Below, piece after piece: positions 32,416 through 49,179 of a stretch of DNA of 64,000 nucleotides. A program made the translations under genes and the position numbers. This DNA is from the human T2T-CHM13v2.0 reference genome, Homo sapiens: assembly GCF_009914755.1 (NCBI RefSeq), contig NC_060944.1. The stretch is one strand, 5' to 3'. The stretch's first letter is position 1. Every line of letters starts with the position of its first letter. The notes below the pieces were generated by a model that was not told the DNA's origin, searched no databases, and was given only the letters and a program-made list of their open reading frames with translations.

Positions 32416-32799
32416 GACCTAGAGGTCCAGGTCATCTTGGAGAGCTGTTCTAACCCTGGCCAAGAGCTTCGGGAGGCACTGGGGCTCAGGCACCCGGCAG
32501 GGGAGTCTTCACTTTCCTTGTCTGAACTCTAAGTGCTGCCTCTCACACACAATTCCCTTGTCTGGACCCAGACAACAGAATCAGTGCAGCGGCTTATCTC
32601 AGAACTAAAGACAGTTGACTGCCCCTGGGGAAGGGAGGGCTCTCTCTGAGGAAGTCTCAAACACCCTGCTGCAAAATTTTCACCCTCAGGATCCCCAATT
32701 TCCCTGAACCTTAACAGACTTGCTTGTTCTGTAGAAATTGCCTGTAATTTCCAAGATAAAAGGACTAGAAAGGTGGCCTTTTCACCTATGTGGCTTCTC

Positions 32800-32931
32800 T
32801 TTTTTTTTTTTCTTTTGAGATAGGATCTTGCTATATTGCCCAGGCTGGTCTCAAATTCCTGGGCTCAAGCAATCCTCCCATCTCAGCCTCCCAAGTGGCT
32901 GAGATGACAGGCACGTGCCACTATGTCTGGC
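32800..32931 (-). mobile_element. FLAM Alu monomer
   Basis: Flanked by 15-bp TSD cctatgtggcttctc (32785-32799 and 32932-32946). Confidence 0.92.
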
Positions 32932-34134
32932 CCTATGTGGCTTCTCCAAGGTGAATATGGGCCTTGTGGGGCTCCAGGTGGCACATGTAAGGTGTGTATA
33001 GTAGTTTTGTGTTCAGACTTAAATGAGACTCAAAATTATACTGGGGAATTCTCAGGGGCAGACCCCTCCAAAATCAAAGACCTGTGGGGCAAAGCCCCAG
33101 CATCCTGCCCCAATGAGCTGGGGCTGACTCCGACAGCTGCTGCTTCTGGGTCTATCATCTCCTGATGCTTTGACAGGCCAAAGCATTAGCCTCAGGTTAG
33201 CCTCTGAGGCCTGTCCTGTCCTATGCAGTCCCAGGCAGTACTGCTCCCTGTGCCTGAGACACTGGCTTCTCCACATAGACCTCAGACACAGAACTGGGGC
33301 CACTGCCCTCACTGTGCACTTTAAAGGGTCCTCCTCCAGGCCTCCACTCAGAGCCTACTGTCCCGCTCTTCCTAAACCACATTCCAGGTGCCCAGGGTGT
33401 TGGAATTATCTGCCTCAGGGCCCCTGTTGTCCTCCTATCTGTCCTCCTACGAGTGGACCACACCACCAGTATACACAGCTCAATGTCCAAGAGGCAGCCA
33501 CGACATCACTGTTTGGGTCTGGTGGCTAAGAAGAAACTTGGACATGTAGGCTGGGAGTCCACATCCATGAACTCAAGGCCCCCAGGAGGCACACGATGAA
33601 TTCGAGTGGGAAGAGAAGGGGGTAGGCCACGGGACAGAGGCCTCCCTCTGGAGTCTTCCTCTAACCGCTGCAAATGTTAGAGGCAGTTCTACCCCCAAAG
33701 CTTCTAGGGGAAAGGAGTGAAGGATTTGGCAATAAAGTCCTTAGTTTTTGCAAATGTCTGCAAGTCATAAAAGTGCTTTTAAGTTCTCCACAGGTCAGGA
33801 CTGGTCATGTTAGGTTCTTACACCTCTCCCATAGTCCCTCCACCCCTAGACATTGGGAGACTCCCAGTCAATTCACCACCCAGGATGGCTGCCCCTCACC
33901 TTCTTCCCAGGGCCCCACATCCAATTAATCCAAATACACCCATGTATTCAAGCACCTTTCTGATGAACCTCTAGAAAGTAGCCAGTGCTGCAGAAATTTC
34001 TTGTAGCATGTGCTGAAATTTCTAGGATCCTACCAGTCAAAGAACAACAGTCTCCTTGCTTCCACCAGGGAATTTGCTAACACTTGCTTCTAAGATCTGA
34101 CCTCTCAGAGCCACTGTGGTCCATCAATCAATTC

Positions 34135-34654
<520 letters not shown>

Positions 34655-34826
34655 TCACAGTACTAAATGCTACACAGCAACTGTGTAGAATACTGCATAG
34701 CAATGAAAAGCCATGCTTTAAAAGAGTTGTGCCTTACATGAGGAAGTGTGCATAATATAATTTTAATTGAAAATCAGATTGGCAGGATAATCATTTTTTA
34801 TAAAACAACAACAACAAAAAAACAAT

Positions 34827-35191
<365 letters not shown>

Positions 35192-35269
35192 TTATTGCTG
35201 GGTGGTGGATAACAGGTGATTTTTTTATTTCCTTCTGTGTTGTTTTTATATTTTCCAAAAAATTTACAG

Positions 35270-35730
35270 TGTATCAAATTGACTGGATCAAGGGGTATGT
35301 GTTTGCGTGTGAGTGTGTCTATTCTGAGTGTGTCTATGAGGGTGTTTCTGGATAAGGTTAGCATTTGAATCAGTAACCTGAGTGATGAAAATTGTTCTCA
35401 CCCATGTGGGTGGGCACCACCCGATCTTCTGAGGTCTGAATAGAACAAAAAGGCAGAGGAAGGAGGAGTTCACCCCTTGTTGCCTCCTGCCTGCCTGCTT
35501 CAGCTGATGCATCCGTCTCCTCATGCCCTTGGACTGGGATTTACACTGCCACTACCCTGGTTCTCAGGCCTTTGGACTTAGGATGGAAACACAACCCCAG
35601 CTTTCCTGAGTCTCCAGCTTGAAGACAGCAGCAGGTCATGGTACTTCAGAGCCTCCATAATTGCATGAGTGAGTTCTTCCTGTATACATGTCCTTCTGGT
35701 TCTGTTTCTCCGAGAGGTCTGGCTGATACA
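35270..35730 (+). mobile_element. MLT2 (ERVL) LTR
   Basis: tgtatcaaattgactgg...gggtgtttctggataaggttagcatttgaatcagt...ggttctgtttctccgagag. Confidence 0.75.
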
Positions 35731-36396
35731 TACCTGACCAAATATTGCTTTTACAATGAGAAAAAGATTGGTAACTATTATTTTTAATCAGTAAATGGTA
35801 TGCACCAAACCTGGCCGGTCTGCCTTCAGGGGGGCCTCTCTGTAGCATTTTCTCAGACATAAGTACAACTTTTGAGAGTGTAACATGCCAGGCTCTGTGC
35901 CCAACATTTGGCACATATAGCCTTACCTGATCTTCACAACGCTGTCCATTTTAGGAAGCTCACATTCAGAAACGTTTATTCTGTCACTTACCCAGGGTAC
36001 ACAGTATGCTCCCCAAAAGTATATTATGGAAACACATGGCCATTGATTTGTGATGATATTTAAGAGTTTGGTATAGAGGTCCTGAGCCCGGAGTGCTATG
36101 GGCACAACTCATGACCTATGTGAATGGTGCCTCCTGGACTTGTGCAGGGCACCAGCTTCAAGGGACTCTGCTGACTCCCAGCAGTACCTGGGGGAATTGT
36201 CAGCAATCCTAAAAGCAAGCTCAGCCTGCAAGGCTGCCTACCCCGGACAGATGATGCCCCCTCCAATTGAGCCATGATCCCATAGAGCCGTAGAAAATGG
36301 GTCACCTCCTGCAGGAAGCCACCAGGGTGCTTGCATGGCTGGGAACTCTTTTTTCTCTAACTGTCCCAGACCATCTGCTGCTTTCCTCCCTGCTTC

Positions 36397-36432
<36 letters not shown>

Positions 36433-36569
36433 ATTCTCTAAATTTTTATGGTGGGCAAAGTTATCAGTTTTCAGTAAGCCCATTCCTTAGCTCCCCTATT
36501 TGATCCATCCTCTTCTGGAAACCTTCCAGGACCCCATCTTCATTGCCTTCCTTGCTGGTTACACCATCT

Positions 36570-36948
36570 GGATCAGTTTTCTAGGGCTGCCATAACCAAG
36601 TACCACAGATTGGGTGGTACAACAGAATTCTATTTCTTCACAGTTCTGGAGGCTGGAAGTCCAACATCAAAGTGTCAGCAGGTGTACTTTCTTCTGAGGC
36701 CTCTCTCCTGAGCATGTAGATGGCTCTCGCCTCTTTATATCTTCTCATGGTCTTCCCTCTGGGTGTGTCTGTGCCCTAAGCCCCTCTTCTTACAAGGACA
36801 CCAGTCATATTGGATTAGGGCCCACCCCAATAACTTCACTTAGTGTAACTACCTTTTTAAAAACCCTATCTCCAAATATAGTCATAAGGTGTTAGGGCTT
36901 CAATATACACATGGTGGGGGGTGGGAAGATGCAATGCAGCCTATGACA
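36570..36948. mobile_element. MLT1 LTR
   Basis: tagggctgccataaccaagtaccacag...cacagttctggaggctggaagtccaa...ccagtcatattggattagggcccaccc. Confidence 0.82.
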
Positions 36949-38149
36949 TCATCTTTCTAGAAGTGTCATAAGAGTATGTCTGTCACTCTCAACACAGTTC
37001 AAAGGCACTCTCAGGACTGTGAGGGCCTTGTGGGGACCCCACATTCACACACTCCCCATGCTTCTCACAATGAAGATGCCACCGTCGGAGTCGCCGTATT
37101 CCTCTGCACAGACTGGGTCAGGACCCACCGCTCACCTTAGGATCACCAAGGGTGCCTACCTCATAGCGCCCATGGCAGAGCAAATCGCCGTGTTTCCATT
37201 CTGGATATAGCTCCTAAAATCCAGCCACCACACCCCCAAGTCTGGCACAAAGTGAAGAGTTTCATGATCAACCAACGTGGTTTAGTTTGGCTCAGACCTA
37301 GGAAGATCTAAAACTTTACGCCGGATCATGTTCCTCCCACACACAAATACACTGCAAACACACCTGGCTTGGAGTTATGCTGATTAGAAGTTAATTAACA
37401 TAAAGCAGGGAGTGTTGGCTGTAATTCAGTGGCTGCTGCAGCAAGGCTGGCAAGGTCCCCTTCCTGCATGTTGCCCAATTCCAAATGCTGAGCGTGCCCA
37501 CCACCCTGCGTACCGCGGCTACCCACACATGCAATGTGTCCACTCAGGTTTCTTCATGGCCAAGGCTCACCTTCCTGAGGCCCCCAAGTCTAAGGTCAGG
37601 GGAAGCACCACAGAGAGGATCAGAGGATCTCAAAGGCCCAAGTCCTTCCAAATGGGTGACCACTAGCCCTGCCCACTGTCCAGACTCACAGACTGCAGAA
37701 TCCAATGAGAAGCCTGTAATTTTGATTTTCTTCTTTTCCCTGAATGACTCTGAATCTCCTTTTACCCCAACCCCTGGAGGAGGCCTTTTCTCACCAGCCA
37801 ATCTGAAAACCCCTTTCTCTACACCGCCTTTCAGTGGAGGAATGACAGGTGCTGGGGTTGCTATTTCTGCCACACAGATAGTAGGGCATTTATTGTGGAC
37901 CAGACTTGTCCCAAAGGAGGGTTTCCAGTCTCCAATTGGGGTCATCCAAGCATGGCTGTTTCCTGAAGAAATAGCTCTGGACCTTTGATGAACAGAAAAA
38001 AGAATGAAGGAATGATTCCATGTGCAATCAAGCTCAGATTCCCCACATAAAGTCTGTCAAAGGCCATTCTTAGCTTGAGAATTTTAAGAGTAAGATTTTT
38101 CTCTGCCCCCCAAGGAAAAGGTCCATTGTGGTTCTGCTACACATTTGAT

Positions 38150-38451
38150 TTCTTTTTTTTTTTTTTTTTTTTGAGGCTGGGTCTCACTCTGTCACTCCAG
38201 CCGGAGTGCAGTGGTTCGATCATAGCTCACTGCAGCCTTGACCTCTCTGGCTCAAGCGATCTTACCACATCAGCCTTCCTAGTAGCTGGGACCACAAGCA
38301 TGTGTCTCCATGCCAGGCTATTTTTTAAAAATTTTTTGTAGAGATGGGGTCTCACCATGTTTCCCAGGTCTCGAACTCCTGGGCTCAAGTAGTTCTCCCA
38401 CCTTGGCCTCCCAAAATGCTGGGATTACAGGTATAAGCCACCACACCCAGC
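38150..38451 (-). mobile_element. AluJ
   Basis: TSD cacatttgattt. Confidence 0.93.
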
Positions 38452-38769
38452 CCACATTTGATTTTGACCAGCCACATTCGAGTTGCCACATTCCCCCAGG
38501 CTGCCAGGACATGGAGATGAATCCAACAAACAAACCAGGATGGGCTGTTTGGTTCTGTCCCACCAATTGTGGAAAATGCGAGCAAAAAAACCACCATCTT
38601 GCTCCTGACATAATCACCCCGAAGAGTAAGTAATTGGACAAAAAAAACATTGTTAAATTAGGCTTCTCCCAGTTCCCAAAAGTAAAACCACAATATAAAA
38701 TGGCAGAGTATTTGTGTCCTCCAAGGTGAGGGGCAACCTTCATTATAAAACCACACCGACCAGACAATA

Positions 38770-39551
<782 letters not shown>

Positions 39552-40101
39552 TGATTAAGGTTTAATCTGTTGTAAGAACATTTCTGCCCACTTGTTTTTC
39601 TCACGAGTGTTCCAGAAAACAGTCTATAGAGAAGCACTAATAGCTTTAGGTCTAGCACATTTCTAGACACTTGGTCCTAAGCCTTTTCTGGTTACAAAAT
39701 CAAAGGCTAAATCAATGAAAGCTGAAAAATGAAATACAACATTCTCGACCTTTAAGAAGGTAAGAAAAGTGAAAAGGAACACAGTAATGTTTAATTATGG
39801 AGCAGCTGAGTTTAAAACCTGCTTGCCCCTGCTGTGATATGTAATTTACAAGGCCTGCTGGTATCAAGAGCTGATGGGATTGTTACCAGGCGAATAGGCC
39901 CTTTGCCCATACGCGGCAGAAATGTGGTCCCCTTTATTCTACCTAAAGTACTAAAGTTTCCTCAAGAAAAACCTCTGGACCTTTGGTGAACTAATAAATG
40001 CTCAGGGTCTGGGAAGTGGCTTCATGCACCCGTTTTTGTGACAAGTTTAGTGACTGCCTTTTCTACTAGGTTATAAATTACTTCTCATATAGACTATTTC
40101 T

Positions 40102-40514
40102 TTTTTTTATTTTTTGTTATTTTACTTTAAGTTCTGGGATACATGTGCAGAATGTGCAGGTTTGTTACATAGGTATACATGCCCCATGGTGGTTTGCCGC
40201 ACCCATCAACCCGTCATCTAGGTCTTAAGCCCCACATACCTTATGTATTTGTCCTAATGCTCTCCCTCCCCTTGCCTCCCACCCCCAAACAGGCCCCTGT
40301 GTGTGATGTTCCCCTCCCTGTGTCCGTGGGTTCTCATTGTTCAACTCCCACTTGTGAGTGAGAACATGCGGTGTTTGGTTTTCTGTTCCCGTGTTAGTTT
40401 GGTGAGGATGATGCCTTCCAGCTTCATTCGTGTCCCTGCAAAGGACATGATCTCATTCTTCATGGCTGCATAGTATTCCATGGTGTATATGTGCCACATT
40501 TTCTTTGTCCAGTC
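40102..40514 (-). mobile_element. 5'-truncated L1PA with a long TSD
   Basis: ttttactttaagttctgggatacatgtgcagaatgtgcaggtttg...; TSD tacttctcata(t/c)agactatttct at 40079-40101 and 40515-40537. Confidence 0.93.
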
Positions 40515-41444
40515 TACTTCTCATACAGACTATTTCTACGCCTTTCATTCACCTGGTGGAAACTCTATCCTTTTTCCTGAAGTTGGCATTTCTCCTGACA
40601 TCTCAATCTGCCCAGTTGCTCCTTCTCTACCTCACAGGAAAGTTATGCTGATGAGTAAGGACACACCCTTCTCACACACTGAGCTGTTTTGGCAAGACTA
40701 GGTGGTGTGAATATCAGGCCTTGTGACGGGGCGGGGGACCTTGCTGGAGCCTCAGCTTCTTCACTGCCCACATTGCGTCTCTGTCTTACTCACTTGACCT
40801 GTTGGCTCTGTTCAGAGGTCTTGCTTGATCCTTTAAGACCCAGATGTCCCTTCTGAGTCATCGTGTGGCATTTGGCCTTGTCTTCCCCGGCCTGCATTTA
40901 CACCCAATCCTCCTTCCCTGTGTGTCATCACACACCTGCGTAGCACTTGCAGTTGGAGTCGGGAGAGCAGAGAAGATGGAAGAGAGGCATTGGTTCATGT
41001 CCAGTTGGAAAATCAGTAATGTTTCCATGTGGCAGCTGAAGTGGAGGGGAGAGAACACTCAGTCAACCCTTCAAATCAAGGACCTCCATGGTGGAGGTGG
41101 GTGTGGTCTACAAAGAAGCATGCCCCTGTGCTGAAGGGATCACTCCCCTCCTGCCCCGCAGTAATTACCATTATCCAGGGATGGAAAGGAGAACGTGTGG
41201 TTGAGGAAATGTTAGCTCTTTTCCTCCTTTTCCTGGACCACAAAGCTAAGCTGGATAGAAAAGCTTGCAGGGCAGAAACAGTTGTAAAAGACATCCATGG
41301 GGACACCCTAGATGTCAGCTGTTCCCATTCTGTTCCTTCCTCCCCACCCCACTCTCTTTGGCAAGCCAGTCCTCCACTGGGGCACCTGTAATGAGTTACT
41401 CCCTGCTGCACGGCCTCACTTCTCTCCAAGAACTAGCCTCATCA

Positions 41445-41951
<507 letters not shown>

Positions 41952-41959
41952 TCAGTATA

Positions 41960-42543
41960 ATGTTTTAAATGCATAAAATAAGATACATGGGTTATAAAAT
42001 AAACTGATTAAACTAAAATATAGTTATCAAAATATGTTAATACTCATTAAACTTAAATATCTAAAAACTCACTGAATAAGATCTAGTGGTGAGCCTAATA
42101 ACAAACATAATTTAACAGTGATATGTGTAAAGGACATTTTGAGATTTGTTACACCTGGAATTAGGTTGACCAACTTGTCCTGGCTTGTACCATACTTTCC
42201 CAGTTTAGCACTGAAAATCCTGTGTCCTGGAAATTCCCTCTGTCCCTGGCAAACTGGCACTTGAGAACCCTGTGTCCTGGAGAACCCCTCAGTCCCTGGC
42301 GAACTGGGGCAGTTGGTCACCCTACCTGTAATGTGGCATGAAAGCATCTGTGATTGTTAGTGGTGTTATAATCACAGGTACAGCTAATGCTACTGTGAGT
42401 TGCTACCTGCATTCTTCATGGAGGAAAAGCTCTATTTCAGGTAGAGGTGAGTGAAAATAAAGATGTGTTGGTTTTTCCCATCCAAGTTCATGTATTTTCC
42501 AATTTCTCTCCGTGGACAGCCCCCTTCCAGTTAAGAACCCCTG
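41960..42543. mobile_element. hAT DNA transposon fossil with a nested MER96-like element (~42162-42324)
   Basis: TIR-like taggttgaccaac / gttggtcacccta; host element ends gttaagaacccctg. Confidence 0.55.
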
Positions 42544-42759
42544 CAATTGGTAGGACAGAGTTAGGTCTACTCTCCCCTAATATTCATACTTTGTTCTTAG
42601 CTCTACAATAATTTACCAAACGCTGTAATTGTTTGTTTAAACAACACAACAAAAATTCTCCATTAAGCACCTTTCTTACAGGGTTGTGGGAGAATTAAAA
42701 GAAATGTATACAGGAGAGCTGGCATGAAGCAGGTCATTGTGATACAACCAGAGCCCTCT

Positions 42760-43645
<886 letters not shown>

Positions 43646-45479
43646 GTTGGGTCCTCATTCCCACCTCTTGCCAGATCCCACCTGCAGCCACCACCACCAA
43701 GAAGTGACCTCTCCCTGCATTTTCCACTTGGGTTGGCTCTGCGACTTGGCAAAGACTTTTCCCTGCTGAATCCATCCCTCTCTCCACAGTGCTTTGAACT
43801 TCCTCCTGGACAAGGGCAACCACAGCCTCTGGCACTAACCTCTTAAGTTGCCTTCACAACCATCAATGCTTCATTAGTATTTCTGGCAGGCTGGTAATTA
43901 ACATGTTAGCACATACCTGTGTATTCAAAGCAGCTTTTGGGCCCGAGCTTACTATCCTTTACACTATTTCAGGGAAGGATTTGTATTGAATTCTGTGGTT
44001 TCAACTGTGCCAAGCAGCAATTGATAATCTTTCATCCGCAGCAGCTGTAACAATGATGGGAGCAGCAGGCATGATACCCCTGCACAGATGAGAAAACTCA
44101 TCCTCAGTGTGAACTTATGTCACCCCAAAGATGCCCAGCAAATATACCATTTATTGTCTGAGGTGGAAATCACCCTCCATGAGAGAGAAGGCCAAAGCTC
44201 CCCTGTAATCGATGATGACTAAGCCCTGCAAAGCCGAGAATGGCAGGCTGGGGATTAGAACTCATGTCTTTGGCTCATGTCCACTCTCTGTGCAGCGCCC
44301 TGCCCTCACCCCCCTCCCCCGAGAACGAACACCACCCCTGGGCAACCCAGGTGTCCCCACTCTGACACAGTAAAAGCTGGACCGTCATCTGGTCCAGGTA
44401 GCCTCGTCCTGGGGGAGGCCTTTCTCCATTTGGACATTTTCCTGTGTATTTAGGGAGAGTGACAAACTGCAGACCAACTTATCAGGTTAATTATGCTTTT
44501 AAAAACATCGCAGACGAGGAGCAAAGTGATGGGGAGGCTAAATGAGGAACTCGGTGGTGGCTGAGTCTGGCATTCTTTGCCCTTCTTTGGGTCTGCAGGT
44601 GGGAGTTTCTGCCCTTTCCTGGGCCTCTCCTTTCTGGACAACCCGAGAGACAGATCACCTTAAAACACAGCCTTCATCCTGTACCTGCCCTAAGCCTTCA
44701 GTGGCTCCCCATCTTCTACCTTCTCACCTACAAACATCCTGTCCCACATACACTGGGTGATTCCCGCACGAGAGGAAGAACTGCTTCAGTGGTCCCGGCT
44801 GAGCCAGAAGGACCACTGCTCTTCCTCATCTCCCACCCTTCCTCACCTCCCTCCCATCCTCCCCATACTCCACCCCAATCCCTGCCCTGAGTCAATTGCT
44901 CACAGCCAAGTTCCAAACACTAACTGCACTCTGACCGGGAAGGGCAGAGAACTGCAGGGGAAATGATCCATGGATTAGCACAGCATTTGCTTCTCCAAGC
45001 TGTGGCCACCCTCTGGGCTCATTTTCTGCTTCTAAACAACTCTATACCACAGAATCTCAACTACCACCATGACGGGTCTTCAACATGCTGCCCTTGATTT
45101 AAAAGACAACCGCAACAACTGTAAAACTGTCTCCCTTATCCCTGTAAAATTTGCTCTTGCTGCTTTTGTGTATTCCAACCAACTGCGATGTGGACCGTCA
45201 CCGATCAACAAGGGATAAAGGGAATCTAGATGCATCTAGATTCCAGGCACTGTGCTAGGTGCCAGGCAAACACATGTGAATGAAACACAGTCCTTCAACT
45301 TCTATGAGCTCAGCAGAATGTGTGAATGGGAGGCTCCGGTGACTACAGTAATAGGCTCTGTGCCAAGTGGCAAAGGAACCACATGGAGACTCGCGGCTGG
45401 GTTTGGGAGCAGAAGAGTGGGCAAACCGTAAAGGAGGGTGAATTTAAGATTTTAAAAAAGCCATAGTCCAAATTCTAAA

Positions 45480-46336
<857 letters not shown>

Positions 46337-46340
46337 CTAT

Positions 46341-46705
46341 TGTCTTAGTCCATTCAGGTTGCTATAATAAAATATCATAAACTGGGTGGCTTATAAACAC
46401 CACACATTTATTTCTCACTGTTCTGGAGGCTGGCAAGTCCAAGATCAAGGTGCCAGCAGATTGGGTGTCTGGTGAGAACCCACTTTGTGGTTCATAGATG
46501 GCCATCTTTCACTGTGTGCCCACATGGCAGAAGGGACAAGGGAGTACTCTCAGGCCTCTATTATAAGGGCACTAATCCCAATCATAAGGGCTTCACCCAT
46601 ATGACCTAATCACCTCCCAAAGATCCACCTCCATTACCATTACCTCGGGGGTGAGAATTTCAACATATGAGTTGTTGAGGGACACAAGCATTCAGACTGT
46701 AACAG
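46341..46705. mobile_element. MaLR (MST/MLT1A) LTR
   Basis: tgtcttagtccattcaggttgctataataaaatatcataaactgggtggcttataaac...cattcagactgtaaca. Confidence 0.88.
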
Positions 46706-48939
46706 CTGTTTAGGTAGCTACACAGCTAAATAAGTATTATTTTCCAAATCACATTTCAGCGATTTCTCTACCATTAGGCCATGGGCCAGCAATGGAACCT
46801 GGCTTATCCTTCTTGTGTTCTTCTTTTCCTGGCACAAATATGGTTGGTAATCTTGCCAAACAGTAATCTCCCTGGTATAGTTAATTTGGCCTGCTAGGTT
46901 ATATCCAAACGATCACTGTATTCACCTATAAATGCTCTCAAACTGGTCCAAGGTCTAATCAAAGCTGGAAATTGATCAAATAATGACCCATTCATGCATT
47001 CTAGAATTCAGCCATTCCCTGTTGCGTTTTTAGAAACTGGCATAATTTTCTATTATTTACGCGATCTAGAGAACTATGTCATAGACCCCTGCATCATAGA
47101 ACACCCAGATCTGTGGTCTCCATCTCATTCTTCCTGCTTTCTCAAAGATGATCTACACACAGTTCTATTTCCCAGACTATATAATATAATCCACTTTATG
47201 TAACATAGTGTAATTCACTTGGCCCTGGTCTCTCAGTTCTTTTGAAGAAATGAATGTTCTCACACTAATTCCTTGGTCTGTTTGTCGATCTTTACAGGCA
47301 GGGAGGGAGGATGCGAGGCAGCATTGGGTCGGCTCCACATTCTCCACATCTGCTTATTGTTTTCTTGCCTTGTTTGCAGCTTCCAGAGCTCCTCCCTGCT
47401 TCTGTAGCAATTTCAGTCTTCCCCATTCCTCTGTGCCTTTGTAAACAGCCTTTTGTTCACTAACAAGAGGAATCTGCTGCCACGTCAGCTCTAAACCAAC
47501 CTCCCACCATTCTCTGGGTAAAGTCCTGCTTAGAAAGGGAATAGGAAGAAGAGGGGTGGAGGGGGTTGGAGATGATTGTGTCTAGTGGGAACAGGCAGGG
47601 GGATAGTGCACAGAGTTCACAATGGGACAACGAGCCTGCCGAGGCTGCACTGCCGGCCTGGCTGGGTGACCTTGAGCCTATCTGGGCCTGTGAGCTCACC
47701 ATGCAAAGGAGCTGGACCACAGAATTCTGAGTCCTTTCTAGCTCTAAACACTGTGGCCCTAAGTATCTATATGTGAAACAAAATTGTCCTGACATTTGTC
47801 TCTGGGTACTGAACTATTAGGAGATTTTGATTTTTTCATCTCCATTTTGCAAACAGTCTGTACTAAGATTACACTACTGTGTTTCTGTTTTGTGTGTATT
47901 CAGAAGCACAAAAAGTCTGTGGTTCTAGAAAGGAAATAGAAAAGTTCTTAAAAAAAAAAAAGTGGGGAAGTGAAACAAATGTTAAAGTCAGAGGAGAAAG
48001 AAAGGCCCAACCGGAGGCCCCAAATCCACCCAGAGCCCAGAAGCCCGGGTTTCCCACCGACCGGCTGCGGTCTTTGTCAGCTCTCTGGCGCTATCTGCTG
48101 TCCTTCTCGATAACAACCGTTTAATTTGGTTTGCAAAATTGCTCTGACGCAAATCCACCGTGAACACTGACGGGGTCACATTCAGCATAAAAATCGCATT
48201 CTGTTTACAGGAAAATCTGGCCCCATACTTGCTCCCATATTCACTTTTGACTTTGCCTTGCAGTACTAACTGTAACAGGGACACCTGAGCAAGTCCCTTC
48301 TGTATAAGGCCCAAAATGGTCACCCAATACCAATGAGTCTCTTGCTTTGGAAAGCCCAGGAATGCACCTCCAGCCCCTTCTGCGCAGCGCTCGGACACCA
48401 TGTAGAGGAGAAGGCACTCTGCAGAACTCGCCCTCAGCCCGCACCACCTGTCCAGGGGACTGGCTGCGTGTCAATGTGTCTCTGCTCCCGGGGTTCCCGC
48501 AGATCTTTAACTTATTGGCCTTTGGGCTAATTCAGTCCTTCAAGCATTCCTCGCCCAACATGCCAGGAAGTCTTCTCACGTGTCTTCCACCCCATACCTA
48601 CCAGTTCTGTTTTCCCACTACCCGATGAAAGTGTAACCGCCCCCCGGCGCCCCCCCCCCCCACCACCACACACACACCCTGTTGGTCCCATCCTCAGGGC
48701 GTGGTGGTCCAGGTGAACGCTTGCCCTCTTTTTGAGCTGAACCTCCCCACAGAGGCTGTCAGCAAAGACTGCTTTGCTGTCCAAGGCCGGCCTTTAGGTA
48801 CAGGACACTATGCATGTCCAGCGAGGCTTGTTGAAGCCACATCTGTCATAGATATTGATGAGAAAAGCATTTTCCTTCTAACACATCTCATTCCAATTCT
48901 AAAAGGCACCTCTGAAGCCTTGCTGAACTTCATCAAGAT

Positions 48940-49120
48940 TTTCACGTGGTTTCCTTAGTAAAGTGTGATGAGAAGGTCCATCCTTCTCAGGATGAAGGAG
49001 TGGTCCAGGAAGCCCTGATTGGTCTGCCGGGGAGGGAAGGGCTGCCTTATTTGGAGACCTGCAGGAATGCCACCTCCCCCGGCAGCTCCTATATAGCTGG
49101 GCGGACCTGGCTGCCAAGAG
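48940..49120 (+). promoter_or_regulatory. PRND promoter (E-box, inverted CCAAT, TATA-like box)
   Basis: CACGTG 48943-48948, ATTGG 49018-49022, TATATA 49090-49095 about 25-30 bp upstream of exon 1, GGGCGG just after. Confidence 0.75.
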
Positions 49121-49179
49121 GGTGTGCTGGGGGACTGTGCAGCTCGAGGCTCCAGAGGCACACTCCAGAGAGAGCCAAG
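49120..49179 (+). other. PRND: PRND exon 1 (non-coding; start approximate)
   Basis: ...cactccagagagagccaag|GTACGT strong donor at 49180, downstream of the TATA-like box. Confidence 0.8.

Noticed and set aside
36398-36429. Isolated ~32-nt poly(A) tract as a retrocopy tail
   Set aside because: No recognisable upstream element, poly(A) signal or clear TSD; treated as a mononucleotide microsatellite.
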